Under the pieces are notes generated by a model. The model was not told the DNA's origin. It saw only the letters and a list, made by a program, of their open reading frames with translations, and ran no database searches. Positions 1 to 10,336 of a stretch of 64,000 nucleotides of DNA are shown piece after piece; within the stretch, counting starts at the first letter, position 1; each line of letters begins with the position of its first letter. Source of the DNA: Chloroflexota bacterium (lineage in GTDB: Bacteria; Chloroflexota; Anaerolineae; UBA2200); assembly GCA_014360755.1 (NCBI GenBank), contig JACIWX010000003.1, positions 283,678 through 347,677 on the forward strand, written 5' to 3'. Both the position numbers and the translations under genes were made by a program.

Positions 1-294
1 TTCCAAGGCGGATTTGCCTGTCTGGGGATGGATGTCAACGGGAATGCCTCGCCCATTATCTTCAACAGTTACGGTTGCATCTTTGTGAATTGTAACGATG
101 ATTCGATTGCAAAAACCCGCTAGGGCTTCGTCTATGGAGTTATCCACTACCTCGTAGACCAAATGATGCAGCCCGCGGACATCCGTACTGCCCACGTACA
201 TCCCAGGGCGACGGCGCACCGCTTCCAGCCCTTCCAAAATTTGGATATCTTCTGCCGTATAGGTTGACCCGTTTGCTTTGGTCTTCATCGTCAT
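1..294 (-). CDS. gyrB: DNA gyrase subunit B (type IIA topoisomerase ATPase subunit), 5' part; runs off the window edge
   Basis: Not in the ORF track. Manual translation from ATG at 294 gives [60 protein letters not shown]...[13 protein letters not shown], the canonical GHKL N-terminus. ATGA overlap with the upstream gene. parE cannot be excluded from 98 codons. Confidence 0.9.
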   Translation of the reverse strand, partial: MTMKTKANGSTYTAEDIQILEGLEAVRRRPGMYVGSTDVRGLHHLVYEVVDNSIDEALAGFCNRIIVTIHKDATVTVEDNGRGIPVDIHPQTGKSALE

Positions 295-1253
295 TTTCCT
301 TCCTCCATCCGGGATTGTTGCCAGGCAACAAAGCGATCGCGATAGAAGATGAAACTCGCTACGACCAACCCGGTGCCAACATAAGCATTGCCAATGATGC
401 CCACCGCCGTGCCCATCACATTGGTAGCGAGCATACGCCAGATATACAACAACCCGGTTTGCACAATGTTAATCAGCAAGATGAAGCCAATAGTAGCGAG
501 GAAGTTACGATGCACTACGTTGAAACTGTGCCACAAGGCTCGCACGATCCCTATATCATCCAGAACGATCGCCCGCAAAGTGAAAAATAGAATGATTGCG
601 ATGTACACTCCTACTAGCAATGCACCCCAGGTGAACAAGTTCAAAATTAGCCAAGAGAGCTCCTGGCTGATTAGGCTCAGCAGGGCAGCCAAGATACCCA
701 CCCCACTGGTCATCATCGCTGTCAGCAACAGCATCACGGAAAGCAGCGTCACTACTCTCAACCAGGAGCGCCATGTGGTTTGTAGGACATAAGGTATATC
801 AAGTTCCTCCTCCCGCACTTCCTGAGCGATGAGGGAGAGGCAAAAACAGCTTATAAAGAGGCTGAGCATAGTGAGCAGGATGGCGGTACCTAGCAGCGCT
901 GGCCAGGTTGGGATCTCGATGAGGCGTTGTGCGGCTGCGAACGGCACCGCTTTCGGCGTGAAATTACCGGTTAGGCTGGGTAGACCAAGAAGGCGTAAGG
1001 AGAGAAAAGTTAGAATGTTGGTATGGCTCCCCAGGTTAGTTAGATAAGCCTGAATGAATGCCCATGTTTGCTGGTATTGATCGCCTACATCTGAAGCAGT
1101 GGGCAATGCAACCACCACTTTTTGCACGAGTTCACCAATAGACAGCTTTGGCCCAATCCAGATGCCAATGTCGACCAAAACCGGGATGACAACAAGCCAT
1201 AAACGCCTTGTCACGCGATCAAAACCGGCCGAAAGTGTGTCAATAATGCCCAC
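291..1253 (-). CDS. Polytopic membrane protein of unknown function
   Basis: About 6 hydrophobic segments. GGAGG RBS precedes GTG at 1253 (ORF track starts at 1286). Translationally coupled to gyrB. Confidence 0.8.
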   Translation of the reverse strand: MGIIDTLSAGFDRVTRRLWLVVIPVLVDIGIWIGPKLSIGELVQKVVVALPTASDVGDQYQQTWAFIQAYLTNLGSHTNILTFLSLRLLGLPSLTGNFTPKAVPFAAAQRLIEIPTWPALLGTAILLTMLSLFISCFCLSLIAQEVREEELDIPYVLQTTWRSWLRVVTLLSVMLLLTAMMTSGVGILAALLSLISQELSWLILNLFTWGALLVGVYIAIILFFTLRAIVLDDIGIVRALWHSFNVVHRNFLATIGFILLINIVQTGLLYIWRMLATNVMGTAVGIIGNAYVGTGLVVASFIFYRDRFVAWQQSRMEEGK

Positions 1254-1319
1254 AGTATGCTTTCCTCCAGAAAACAATTGTAGCATAACTCTGCTCTTCT
1301 GAAAAGCCTGCTGCCCCCA

Positions 1320-1348
1320 ATAATATAGAACAAAAGTTCTTTTGTCAA
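1320..1348 (-). promoter_or_regulatory. sigma70-type promoter TTGACA-N17-TATTAT for the membrane protein-gyrB operon
   Basis: tgtcaa at 1343-1348 and ataata at 1320-1325 on the + strand. Confidence 0.55.
1327..1340. promoter_or_regulatory. LexA (SOS/Cheo) box AGAAC-AAAA-GTTCT
   Basis: Perfect GAAC-N4-GTTC palindrome lying in the spacer of the promoter above. Confidence 0.65.
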
Positions 1349-1411
1349 ACCAAGGCGGAGGTTTTGACCACGCGCCCAGTTGGGACTAAAATAATTATGG
1401 GAAGGAGTGGG

Positions 1412-2227
1412 ATGGGCGTAATTGCGTTGCTCAGCGATTTTGGCACCGCGGATGGCTACGCTGGCGTGATGCACGGCGTGATCCTGCGCATCAATCCCCA
1501 GGCAGTTGTCGTTGATATCTGCCATGATATCCCGCCGCAGGATGTCCATGCCGCTGCTTTTGTGCTTTCGACTGTCTATCCATACTTTCCCTTGGATACA
1601 ATCTATGTGGTTGTGGTAGATCCAGGCGTGGGCAGTGAACGACGCGCATTGGCGGTGCGTACGCCACGAGGCACTTTTGTCGCGCCGGACAATGGCGTGC
1701 TGAGTTATATATTCGCGCGCGAATCCATTGAAGAGATGGTGCATCTCACTAACGCACGCTACTGGCTCTCGCCTCTCAGCGACACGTTTCACGGGCGCGA
1801 TCTTTTTGCTCCTGTGGCAGCGCATCTTTCGTTAGGGGTGCCGTTGCGCGAATTAGGCCATGCGATCCAGGATCCTGTGCGCCTACCTATCGTGGAAGCG
1901 GCCATGCAACAAGATGGAACTATCAGCGGCCAAGTGCTGTACATTGACCGCTTTGGCAATCTTATTACCAATATACCCCGTGGATTGTTGTCACCGAATC
2001 GGAGCTGGCGCATACATATCGCGGACCGTGAGGTGATTGGCTTGGCTAAGGCGTATGCCTCGGCCCCTGACGGTGAGTTGCTGGCGCTGATTGATAGCAG
2101 TGGCTATCTTGAACTCGCTGTGCGCAATGGAAGTGCTGCGGCGATGCTGAAGGTGAATCGCGGTGCTGAGGTTGTTGTAACGCCTATTGTGGACAAAACG
2201 GATGCAAGAAAGGAGGAGTACCGATGA
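1412..2227 (+). CDS. SAM hydrolase / SAM hydroxide adenosyltransferase (DUF62, chlorinase/fluorinase superfamily)
   Basis: LSDFG, VVDPGVGSERR, APDNG, TFHGRD, DRFGN motifs. RBS AAGGAG before ATG 1412. Confidence 0.9.
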   Translation: MGVIALLSDFGTADGYAGVMHGVILRINPQAVVVDICHDIPPQDVHAAAFVLSTVYPYFPLDTIYVVVVDPGVGSERRALAVRTPRGTFVAPDNGVLSYIFARESIEEMVHLTNARYWLSPLSDTFHGRDLFAPVAAHLSLGVPLRELGHAIQDPVRLPIVEAAMQQDGTISGQVLYIDRFGNLITNIPRGLLSPNRSWRIHIADREVIGLAKAYASAPDGELLALIDSSGYLELAVRNGSAAAMLKVNRGAEVVVTPIVDKTDARKEEYR

Positions 2228-2739
2228 GCAATGTGGTCATTGTCGTAGATATGCTGCGTGGGTTTTTGGAAGAAGGTTACCCGCTTTTCTGTGGTGAGGA
2301 GGCTCGTAAAATCATCCCCTGCGTGCAGCAGTTGCTACAACGTGAGTCGGAGAAGGGGTCGCACATTATTTTCTTGGCTGATACTCATGATCCCGATGAT
2401 AAAGAGTTCGCCATGTTCCCGCCTCACTGTGTGCGTGGCACAGCGGAATGCGAAGTTATCCCTGAATTAGCCAAGTTTCAAGGGGAGGTCATTCCCAAGC
2501 GACGTTACAGTGGCTTTTACGACACGGTTTTGGAGGAAAGGCTGGAAGAACTCCAACCGGAAAAGATTATCGTGGTGGGTGTGTGCACGGATATTTGTGT
2601 AATGCACACAGTGGCTGATGCGCGAAACCGCGATTATGTTGTCGAGGTGCCGCGCGATTGCGTGGCTAGCTTTGATCCCGAAGCCCATGCTTTTGCGTTG
2701 AAACATATGGAAAAGATCTTAGGCGCCAAAGTGGTCTAA
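2224..2739 (+). CDS. pncA: Nicotinamidase / isochorismatase-family cysteine hydrolase
   Basis: VVDM..GF, DTH, FPPHC, K..YSGF, GVCTDICV motifs; lies next to pncB. Confidence 0.85.
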   Translation: MSNVVIVVDMLRGFLEEGYPLFCGEEARKIIPCVQQLLQRESEKGSHIIFLADTHDPDDKEFAMFPPHCVRGTAECEVIPELAKFQGEVIPKRRYSGFYDTVLEERLEELQPEKIIVVGVCTDICVMHTVADARNRDYVVEVPRDCVASFDPEAHAFALKHMEKILGAKVV

Positions 2740-2829
2740 CGGCTAGTTAGGCCATGCATGACAGAAGGCTTGTAGTGGTGGGGTATATTACAACAAAGCT
2801 GGTGTCACGGCGTCACTGCAAGCCTTGCT

Positions 2830-2842
2830 TGTCATATTGACA
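2830..2842. promoter_or_regulatory. Candidate NrtR operator TGTCA-TAT-TGACA
   Basis: Palindrome with a GT-N7-AC core just upstream of pncB; overlaps a TTGACA hexamer. Confidence 0.55.
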
Positions 2843-2880
2843 GTACTTGTGTCCATTTCATAGTTGAGGAGCAATCAAAT

Positions 2881-3897
2881 ATGCGGAATCCCAAAATCAA
2901 TGAGGCAATCCTTTCTGGATACACTGCGGATATTTACTTTTCCCGTACCCAAGCGATCCTGCGCGCTGAAGGGCTGGATCCAGTAGTCACTATGGAGATT
3001 TTCCCCAATGGAGATGGCATCCTATGTGGGATCAATGAAGCGCTCGATCTCCTCGCGCAAGTATTGCCAGATGAAAGTGAAGTGTGGGCACTGGCTGAAG
3101 GTGAACCTATGTCAGCTAAGGAAGTCGTGTTGCGCATCACGGCCCCCTATTCACGGTTTGGGCTATACGAGACAGCGATACTGGGGATGTTAGCGCAGAC
3201 CAGTGGCTGGGCGACAGCAGCGCGGGCTTGCGTGGAAGCGGCGGAGGGCATTCCGGTGATTAGTTTTGGGGCGCGGCACGTGCATCCAAGCGTGGCCGGG
3301 CGACTGGAATATGCCGCTATTGTTGGTGGCTGTGCAGGCTGCGCGACGCCTGCTGGCGCTGACTTGGCGGGGTTGGAAGCCACTGGGACAATTCCTCACG
3401 CGATGATCCTGATCTTTGGCGATACCGTCAAGGCAACAGAGGCTTTTGACCGTCACATGCCGCCTGAAGTTCGCCGTGTGGCATTGGTAGATACTTTCAA
3501 AGACGAATGTGAGGAAAGCCTGCGTGTCGCTGCAGCCCTGGGACGCAAGTTGTGGGGGGTTAGACTAGATACACCGCCAGAGCGTGGGCGTGTAACTCCG
3601 GAATTGGTCAAAGAGTTGCGTGCACGACTGGATCAAGCGGGATATACTTGGGTCAAAATTGTGGTGAGCGGCGGAGTGGATGCAGCACGCATTCGTCTGT
3701 TTCGCGAGCAAAAAGCGCCTGTGGACGTATTCGGCGTAGGCAGTGCCATCAGCAGCGCTCCGCCTATTGACTTTACCGGTGATCTAAAGGTGGTCGCAGG
3801 CAAGCCTATTGCTAAGCGAGGTCGCATTCCTGGGATTACACCCAATCCTCGCCTGCAGCGCATTGATTTGACAGCAATCAAAAAGGCAGCTCGCTAA
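2881..3897 (+). CDS. pncB: Nicotinate phosphoribosyltransferase
   Basis: TADIYF, SFGARH, GTIPHA, LVDTF, GVRLDTP, SGG, FGVGS, KRGR motifs. Confidence 0.9.
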   Translation: MRNPKINEAILSGYTADIYFSRTQAILRAEGLDPVVTMEIFPNGDGILCGINEALDLLAQVLPDESEVWALAEGEPMSAKEVVLRITAPYSRFGLYETAILGMLAQTSGWATAARACVEAAEGIPVISFGARHVHPSVAGRLEYAAIVGGCAGCATPAGADLAGLEATGTIPHAMILIFGDTVKATEAFDRHMPPEVRRVALVDTFKDECEESLRVAAALGRKLWGVRLDTPPERGRVTPELVKELRARLDQAGYTWVKIVVSGGVDAARIRLFREQKAPVDVFGVGSAISSAPPIDFTGDLKVVAGKPIAKRGRIPGITPNPRLQRIDLTAIKKAAR

Positions 3898-3963
3898 TGC
3901 CGAATGCGTGCTGACAAATTGGTTTATGAGCGGCGCTGCTCTAGTAGTACATCGGAAGCAGGG

Positions 3964-4407
3964 CTAGAAATCGCTGGCGTCTTCCTCAAAATCAAGCCCG
4001 GTCTCAATTTCCTCCTCTTCGGCGTGCTCTTCCAATTCCTCGATTTCTTCTCCTTCTTCCTCCGCTAATTCGGTGGTAGGGATGATCTCCAGTGGTACCG
4101 CTGGTTTCCGGTTGAGTTGAGCGTATAACTCTGCCAACCTTTTTCTGGCAATGTTATTGGATGGTTGGCGTTGCAACGCTTCCTCGTATGCTGCTACCGC
4201 TTCCTCATAACGTCCCAATTCAACATATGCCTTGCCCAGTCGGTTACGAGCCTGGATGTCATCTGGAAACATTTGGAGCACCTGCAAATTGGCTTGGACT
4301 GCCTCATCCCACTTTCCCATGAGCGCTGCTTGCACTGCGCGCGCCGTCCATTGTTTGCGAAGTTCCTCTTTTATCTGATATTTCGAAACATTCAAGTCCA
4401 TATGCAT
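3964..4407 (-). CDS. Tetratricopeptide-repeat protein with acidic C-terminal tail
   Basis: TPR pattern ARNRLGKAYVELGRYEEAVAAYEEALQRQP; Glu-rich tail. Confidence 0.8.
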   Translation of the reverse strand: MHMDLNVSKYQIKEELRKQWTARAVQAALMGKWDEAVQANLQVLQMFPDDIQARNRLGKAYVELGRYEEAVAAYEEALQRQPSNNIARKRLAELYAQLNRKPAVPLEIIPTTELAEEEGEEIEELEEHAEEEEIETGLDFEEDASDF

Positions 4408-4561
4408 CTCCTGTCATGAAGCTGAATGGATTATCATTGTAACCACTTCTCCCATTTTGGCAAGAATGCGTATTCTGGTCAACGCGCATGTCGGTCGTGC
4501 TATGCATTTGACGCAAAATGTGGTATAGTAGAATTATCGTGTTACGGAGGCTGTTTTGCGT

Positions 4562-7009
4562 ATGATGGACGATTGGGAACTTGGACCATTTCCAACCAAG
4601 CTCTTGTTAGATGATAGCATGGAACCAGAAGCGTTGCCCTTGCTGCCCGTACGGGATACCGTGCTGTTTCCCTATGTGGCAGCACCTCTCTTTATCAGCC
4701 GCGACCGCTCCATGAAAGCGGTGGAAGCAGCAGTATCTGGCGACCAGCGCATTGCCGTTTTCACCCAGCGAGATCCCGAGGTGCAGGATCCCGGCATTGA
4801 CGATCTTTACGAGTTTGGAACAGAGGCAGTGATCGGCCGTGTCTGGCGTATGCCGGACCAAACAACGAGCGTTTTTGTCCATGGGCGAAGACGCTTGCGC
4901 CTTTTGAATCTGGTCAAGACGGAGCCGTATCTGGTCGCGCAGGTGCAACCGGTGGTTAAGAATGTGGAACCTTCCATCACTGCCGAGGCACGCATGCGCG
5001 CCGTGTTGACTCTGTTCGAGAAGGTAGTGCGGTTGAGCCGTAATATCCCGGATGATGCTTTTGTCATGGCCATGAACGTCAATGATCCCAACTGGCTGGC
5101 TGACTTGGTGGCTTCCAACCTTAATCTGGATGTGGCGACCCGGCAGGAGCTCTTGGAGATCGTTGATCCATTGGCAAGACTGGAGAAAATCAGTGTGCTG
5201 CTGGCGAAGGAACTGGATGTGCTAGAGCTGGAGAGCCGCATCCATTCGCAAGTGCAGCAAGAGGTGGACAAGAGCCAGCGCGAATATTTCCTGCGTGAGC
5301 AGATGCGGGTTATCCAGAGCGAGTTGGGCGAGACGGATCCTTTGGCGCGTGAGATCAACGAATTGCAAGAGAGGATCGCGGCAGCCAAAATGCCCGACGA
5401 AGTCCGCGAGAGGGCAGAAAAGGAGCTGGGCCGCCTGGCAAGTATGCCCTCTGTCGCTCCAGAAGCGAGCATTATCCGCACCTACATTGACTGGTTGCTT
5501 GATCTGCCTTGGAGTGAATGTACGGAAGATAACCTGGATATTGCCCATGTCAGCAAGGTGCTTAATAAAAATCATTACGGATTGAATAAAGCCAAAGAGC
5601 GCATCTTGGAGTATATCGCTGTGCGCAAGCTCGCCCCGGAGAAGATGGGCACGACCATTCTGTGCTTCGTAGGGCCACCGGGAACGGGCAAAACCTCCCT
5701 GGGCAAGTCCATTGCCGAAGCACTGGGGCGCAATTTCGTGCGGGTGAGCCTGGGTGGAATCCGCGATGAAGCGGAGATCCGTGGCCACCGTCGTACCTAC
5801 ATCGGCGCACTGCCAGGCCGCATCATACAAACCATGCGCCGCGCAGGCACCATCAACCCTGTTTTCATGTTGGACGAAATAGACAAGTTGGGGGTTGATT
5901 TCCGTGGCGACCCTTCAGCGGCGCTGCTGGAAGTCCTGGACCCAGAGCAGAATTACGCTTTCTCCGATCACTACCTGGAAGTGCCCTACAACCTATCCAA
6001 AGTGATGTTCATTACCACGGCGAACATCCTCGATCCCATCCCACCTGCTTTGCGCGACCGCCTGGAAGTGATTGAATTTCCAGGGTATATCGAAGAGGAG
6101 AAAATTGAGATTGCCAGGCAGTTCCTCGTGCCGCGCCAGCTTGAGCAACACGGATTAACGGGCCTTCATTTCCCTCGCGAGACGCTGCGGCGCATTATTC
6201 GGGAATACACTTTCGAGGCTGGCGTGCGCAATCTTGAACGTGGGATTGCGACCATCTGCCGCAAAGTGACACGGCGCGTCGCCGAAGGCAAACAGCCACC
6301 GCGCTATATTCTGCCCCAGAGCCTGCACAAATATCTAGGCCCACCGGAGTTTCTCTTTAGCGAGGCGGAGAAAGCAGACGAAGTAGGCGTGGCCACTGGC
6401 CTTTCCTGGACGGAAGCGGGGGGAGATACCATGGCTATCGAAGTAACCGTGATGCCTGGCAAAGGCAACCTCCTGCTTACTGGCCAGTTGGGAGAAGTGA
6501 TGCAGGAATCTGCCCAGGCAGCCTTGAGTTACGCGCGGGCACATGCCCAGGAATTGGGCATCAAAAACGTTGACTTTGACAAAGTGGATATCCACGTCCA
6601 TGTGCCTGAAGGCGCCATCCCTAAAGACGGTCCATCTGCCGGCATCACCATCGCTATAGCGATGATCTCAGCCCTAACGCGGCGGCCAGTCCACCGTGAA
6701 GTCGCCATGACCGGCGAGATCACCCTGCGGGGCCATGTGCTGCCCATCGGTGGCCTAAGGGAGAAGGTGCTCGCTGCCTATCGCGCGGGATTGAAGACCG
6801 TGCTCCTGCCTAAGAAGAATCGCAAAGACCTGGTGGATATCCCGCGCAAAGTACAACGAGGGCTTAACTTTGTCTTTGTAGAACATATGGAAGAGGTGGT
6901 GCCGATCGCATTGGTATCTCCTGAGCAGAAGCAAAAGCGAAAACAGGCTCCTTCAGCCAAGAATAGGCGGAGTGTGGAAAGACATGAACAAGGGATTAAA
7001 CCATCGTAA
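4562..7009 (+). CDS. lon: ATP-dependent protease La (Lon)
   Basis: LPLLPVRD N-domain, GPPGTGKT Walker [19 protein letters not shown] catalytic Ser, GGLREK. Confidence 0.97.
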   Translation: MMDDWELGPFPTKLLLDDSMEPEALPLLPVRDTVLFPYVAAPLFISRDRSMKAVEAAVSGDQRIAVFTQRDPEVQDPGIDDLYEFGTEAVIGRVWRMPDQTTSVFVHGRRRLRLLNLVKTEPYLVAQVQPVVKNVEPSITAEARMRAVLTLFEKVVRLSRNIPDDAFVMAMNVNDPNWLADLVASNLNLDVATRQELLEIVDPLARLEKISVLLAKELDVLELESRIHSQVQQEVDKSQREYFLREQMRVIQSELGETDPLAREINELQERIAAAKMPDEVRERAEKELGRLASMPSVAPEASIIRTYIDWLLDLPWSECTEDNLDIAHVSKVLNKNHYGLNKAKERILEYIAVRKLAPEKMGTTILCFVGPPGTGKTSLGKSIAEALGRNFVRVSLGGIRDEAEIRGHRRTYIGALPGRIIQTMRRAGTINPVFMLDEIDKLGVDFRGDPSAALLEVLDPEQNYAFSDHYLEVPYNLSKVMFITTANILDPIPPALRDRLEVIEFPGYIEEEKIEIARQFLVPRQLEQHGLTGLHFPRETLRRIIREYTFEAGVRNLERGIATICRKVTRRVAEGKQPPRYILPQSLHKYLGPPEFLFSEAEKADEVGVATGLSWTEAGGDTMAIEVTVMPGKGNLLLTGQLGEVMQESAQAALSYARAHAQELGIKNVDFDKVDIHVHVPEGAIPKDGPSAGITIAIAMISALTRRPVHREVAMTGEITLRGHVLPIGGLREKVLAAYRAGLKTVLLPKKNRKDLVDIPRKVQRGLNFVFVEHMEEVVPIALVSPEQKQKRKQAPSAKNRRSVERHEQGIKPS

Positions 7010-8084
7010 TCGCTTGCCCAGGGCCTCTCTTTTCGCTGCTCGGCTAGCCTGCGCGGCGATGCTTCCTCTGCTATTGCTGCTGACCGCCTGCAGCACTACG
7101 CCGACGCCAACCCCGCCAGCAAAGACGATTAGTTTCTCTGAGGACATATTTGCCAGAGGCTTCCTGCCTGGCAAGACCTATTTGGACATCAAACGAGAGG
7201 ACACTGACTCCGATGGCCAATTGGAATGGGTTGTCTTTTACCGTTTTGACCAGGTGGGCGGGGGTGGGCCAGTAGCCGCCTTGATTTACGATGTTGTGCT
7301 TGACCCTGAATCACAATTGCCCATTGTCTATCCCTACAAATTGCGCACACCCGACCAGAACTACCTGGCACAGGACATACCAGAGCTCTCTTTGGTGGAT
7401 ATTATGAAAGAAGATGGCCACACGCGCAAAGAACTGGTCTTTAGCACGGATAGTGAGTTGGTCTTTTTCCGCCTCACCCGTGATCCGTCTGGTCCGCCTG
7501 TGGACAATCCCCCCTTGTACCATTGCATCGGGTTTTTCCGCAGCGATGGCGGGGTGCATTTCAATCCCGAAAATAGCCGGGTCACGGTTACCAGCCGTGC
7601 TGGTTATGAGCGCAGCCAGCTGGTTACCAGGCGGGAGTTTGAGCCGATTGCTGATGGCTATTTCCTGACCAATACCACAACCCTGGTCTCGCCCGTTGAA
7701 TCCCGGGTGGATTTCCCAGAGGGCATCCCATCCACTATTCTGGATACCCCATATCCTGAGAAAATTGTCCTCGCCTTCTACCAGACGCTCGGCAAATCCG
7801 ATGCGAAGCCAAGCCTTTACGAATATCTGAGCACTCAGGCAGCCACAGAGCTGATGCAGGGCAAATTGAGGTACGGGTCGCCGCTCCCCTTCACGCAAAT
7901 ACAGCGTGCTATTGTCCAAGAGCTCAGTTATTACCCTACCCAAGAAGACTCCACGTCCGCTCTCGTGATTGCCAAGGTCATTTTCCAGCCAAAGGAAGGC
8001 GCGCCCAGTTCTCTGATTGAGGTGCGCTGGAGGCTGATCCGGGTAGGGACCCAGTGGAAGATGGACTATGCCGAACCCGGATGA
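6984..8084 (+). CDS. Hypothetical lipoprotein
   Basis: Basic N-terminus, hydrophobic stretch, lipobox LTAC, Thr/Pro linker. Start uncertain (6972 or 6984). Confidence 0.65.
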   Translation: MNKGLNHRNRLPRASLFAARLACAAMLPLLLLLTACSTTPTPTPPAKTISFSEDIFARGFLPGKTYLDIKREDTDSDGQLEWVVFYRFDQVGGGGPVAALIYDVVLDPESQLPIVYPYKLRTPDQNYLAQDIPELSLVDIMKEDGHTRKELVFSTDSELVFFRLTRDPSGPPVDNPPLYHCIGFFRSDGGVHFNPENSRVTVTSRAGYERSQLVTRREFEPIADGYFLTNTTTLVSPVESRVDFPEGIPSTILDTPYPEKIVLAFYQTLGKSDAKPSLYEYLSTQAATELMQGKLRYGSPLPFTQIQRAIVQELSYYPTQEDSTSALVIAKVIFQPKEGAPSSLIEVRWRLIRVGTQWKMDYAEPG

Positions 8085-8644
8085 CTTGCCCCACAGTAAG
8101 AGGTAGCCTCGTAGAAGCAAAGCAACGTACTGCCGTATTTGCGCTGATCGGTTAGGATCAGTTGGCGCAGTTCCAGTGGTTCGTATTCTTTGGGGTGAAT
8201 CTGAGCGATCACCAGCGTTCCCGGTATCAGCAACGTGGAACCATCCAATGCACGGAGGGTTTTCGCCCAGAGACCTTGGTATTGAGGCGGAGCAACATAG
8301 ATGATGTCAAAAGGCTCGCCTTCATAACCAGCGATGAATTTGAATACATCACGACGCACCACCTGGGCGCGACTGGCCAATTGCGTGGTGCTCAGATTGC
8401 GGCGAAGGGTAGCTAGGGCGCGTTCATCGCGCTCTACAAAAATTGCCTTATGGGCTCCACGGCTCAGTGCTTCAATACCTACTCCGCCTGTGCCGGCGAA
8501 TAAATCGAGAAATCGCGCCCCTTGTACGCGCCCTGCCAGGATATCGAACAGGGCCTCTTTCACCCTATCCGTGATAGGGCGTGTAGTTTGTCCCGGCACA
8601 GAGAAAAGCCGTCGGCCCTTCGCCTCTCCCCCGATGACTCTCAT
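8066..8644 (-). CDS. rsmD: 16S rRNA (guanine(966)-N2)-methyltransferase
   Basis: MRVIGG..KGR, TRP.TDRVKEALF, LDLFAGTG, EALSRGA, PPQY, KYG. Confidence 0.93.
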   Translation of the reverse strand: MRVIGGEAKGRRLFSVPGQTTRPITDRVKEALFDILAGRVQGARFLDLFAGTGGVGIEALSRGAHKAIFVERDERALATLRRNLSTTQLASRAQVVRRDVFKFIAGYEGEPFDIIYVAPPQYQGLWAKTLRALDGSTLLIPGTLVIAQIHPKEYEPLELRQLILTDQRKYGSTLLCFYEATSYCGASHPGSA

Positions 8645-9324
8645 TGCTGCTCATCCACAAAGCGCAGATAGCGCCCTGGGGTTGCTGCCATGTTTTGGTA
8701 AACTCCTCGGTACTCTGGCGGAAGCAATGCTGCAATCTGGTACATGATCGCATCGGCTATCTCTTGTCGCACCTCGTGGGTAATCTTCATATCTCCAGGA
8801 TCCAGGTAAAACCCACGGCCTGTTACTACATGGACCTCAGTGCGGCGCAAATGGCGCAGGTTCTTGAAAAACTGTTCCTGACCATAGACAGCCATGGGCA
8901 GGATCAACGCGTCAGGCGCGCGCAAGGCGAGCAATACAATGCCGGAACGCGCCTGCTGCAGGCGACCGTGATGGCTGCGTGTGCCCTCCGGTGCAAGCCC
9001 TAGCACCCCGCCTTCCTGCAGCGTTTGAAGCGCGTGGCGCATGGCATGGAGATCTAATTCACCGCGCCGCACCGGGATGGTGCCCCAAGATTTGGCGATG
9101 AGCCTGGTGAGCGGGTTAGCCCAGAGTTCATGTTTGGCTAGGCCGATGACCGGGCGAGGCGATATCGCGTAGATCAGCAAGGGGTCAATAAAGTTGATGT
9201 GGTTAACGGCTAGAATAACCGGGCCGCTGCGAGGGATACGTTCCAACCCCTCAGCCTTTACCTTGAGCAAAATCTTTGTTGCCAACCAGATGACCTTGAC
9301 CGAAATCCAACGGATTGCTCTCAT
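8641..9324 (-). CDS. plsC: 1-acyl-sn-glycerol-3-phosphate acyltransferase family protein
   Basis: NHINFID (NHxxxxD) and APEGTRS motifs. Confidence 0.85.
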   Translation of the reverse strand: MRAIRWISVKVIWLATKILLKVKAEGLERIPRSGPVILAVNHINFIDPLLIYAISPRPVIGLAKHELWANPLTRLIAKSWGTIPVRRGELDLHAMRHALQTLQEGGVLGLAPEGTRSHHGRLQQARSGIVLLALRAPDALILPMAVYGQEQFFKNLRHLRRTEVHVVTGRGFYLDPGDMKITHEVRQEIADAIMYQIAALLPPEYRGVYQNMAATPGRYLRFVDEQQ

Positions 9325-9333
9325 CGCGTTCCT

Positions 9334-10218
9334 CTACTTCGTACTATCCACGCGTTGCCAGAGGGCAGTAAAGGGTTTCTTGCGCCATTTGACATCCCAC
9401 CACACGCGCAGCCAGACGTGCGTTCTAGCTGCGAAGAGGAGCAATGTCCACCACAGTTCACGGCAGTTACGCGCATAGCGCAGAGCACTCCAAACTCCCG
9501 CGACTGCTTCGCGGCGAAACGACCTCATCCCTCTCGCATTCTGGACATACCCTTGTGCATAACCGCCCATGGAGCGGATTTTCTGCTTCATCCAATCCTG
9601 GTACGTGGTTGGATATTTGACATAAACTATCGCGTCGGGGGCATAGGCAGTGCGCCAGCCTTGCTCCCAGATATGGTGGGAGATAAAGCCATCCTCTGCC
9701 AAAGAATCCACGGGGATTGCTTTTACCAATGCGCGGCGGAACGCATACAGGTATCCCGAACACTCCAGGAATTCCCCACGGTTAGCCCGCAGCATTCTCT
9801 GGCGGTGTGCTCCTGCATCGACCAACAGATGAGACCAATAGCCCAGCATGGTATGACGAGGATTGAGTGAAACCGGTCGGCCACTCACGATGCCTACCTT
9901 GGGATCGGTGAATGCGGACAGGAGCGCACGCACAGCCCCAGGGGCAACGTAGACATCACCATCGCTCAGGATGACGATCTCCCCTTTGGCTGCGCTGAGG
10001 GCTAGGTTCAATGCAGCCGGTTTGCCTTGGGCTTGGTCGCGCAGGCATCGCACGTGCTCGTTTCGCGCGGCGTATTCCGCCACTACATCGGCTGTTCCTT
10101 CGTCTGGACAGACCACCAATAGTTCGTAATCGCTGGGCAAATTCTGCGCAAGGAAAGATTCAATAGCCCGGCCGATGGTCTTTTCTTCGCGATAGGCAGT
10201 GATAATAATGGTGAGCAT
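9334..10218 (-). CDS. Glycosyltransferase family 2
   Basis: IIITAYRE, GKPAALN, DGD, AED, QKIRS (QxxRW-like). Confidence 0.85.
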   Translation of the reverse strand: MLTIIITAYREEKTIGRAIESFLAQNLPSDYELLVVCPDEGTADVVAEYAARNEHVRCLRDQAQGKPAALNLALSAAKGEIVILSDGDVYVAPGAVRALLSAFTDPKVGIVSGRPVSLNPRHTMLGYWSHLLVDAGAHRQRMLRANRGEFLECSGYLYAFRRALVKAIPVDSLAEDGFISHHIWEQGWRTAYAPDAIVYVKYPTTYQDWMKQKIRSMGGYAQGYVQNARGMRSFRREAVAGVWSALRYARNCRELWWTLLLFAARTHVWLRVWWDVKWRKKPFTALWQRVDSTK

Positions 10219-10336
10219 TCCATCCTCTGTCCTACTTTGGTGGGTAGTTTAGCATACAACTGCAGTAATACCAAGTACAGAGGGGGTGAAATATTGGCGC
10301 TGCAGCCAGCCGTGGGTATAATCGAGTGGGTCAATG

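Noticed and set aside
1412..2227. SAM-dependent fluorinase or chlorinase
   Set aside because: Keeps the Asp (VVDPG), Arg and His (TFHGRD) residues of DUF62 hydrolases; no halometabolite genes nearby
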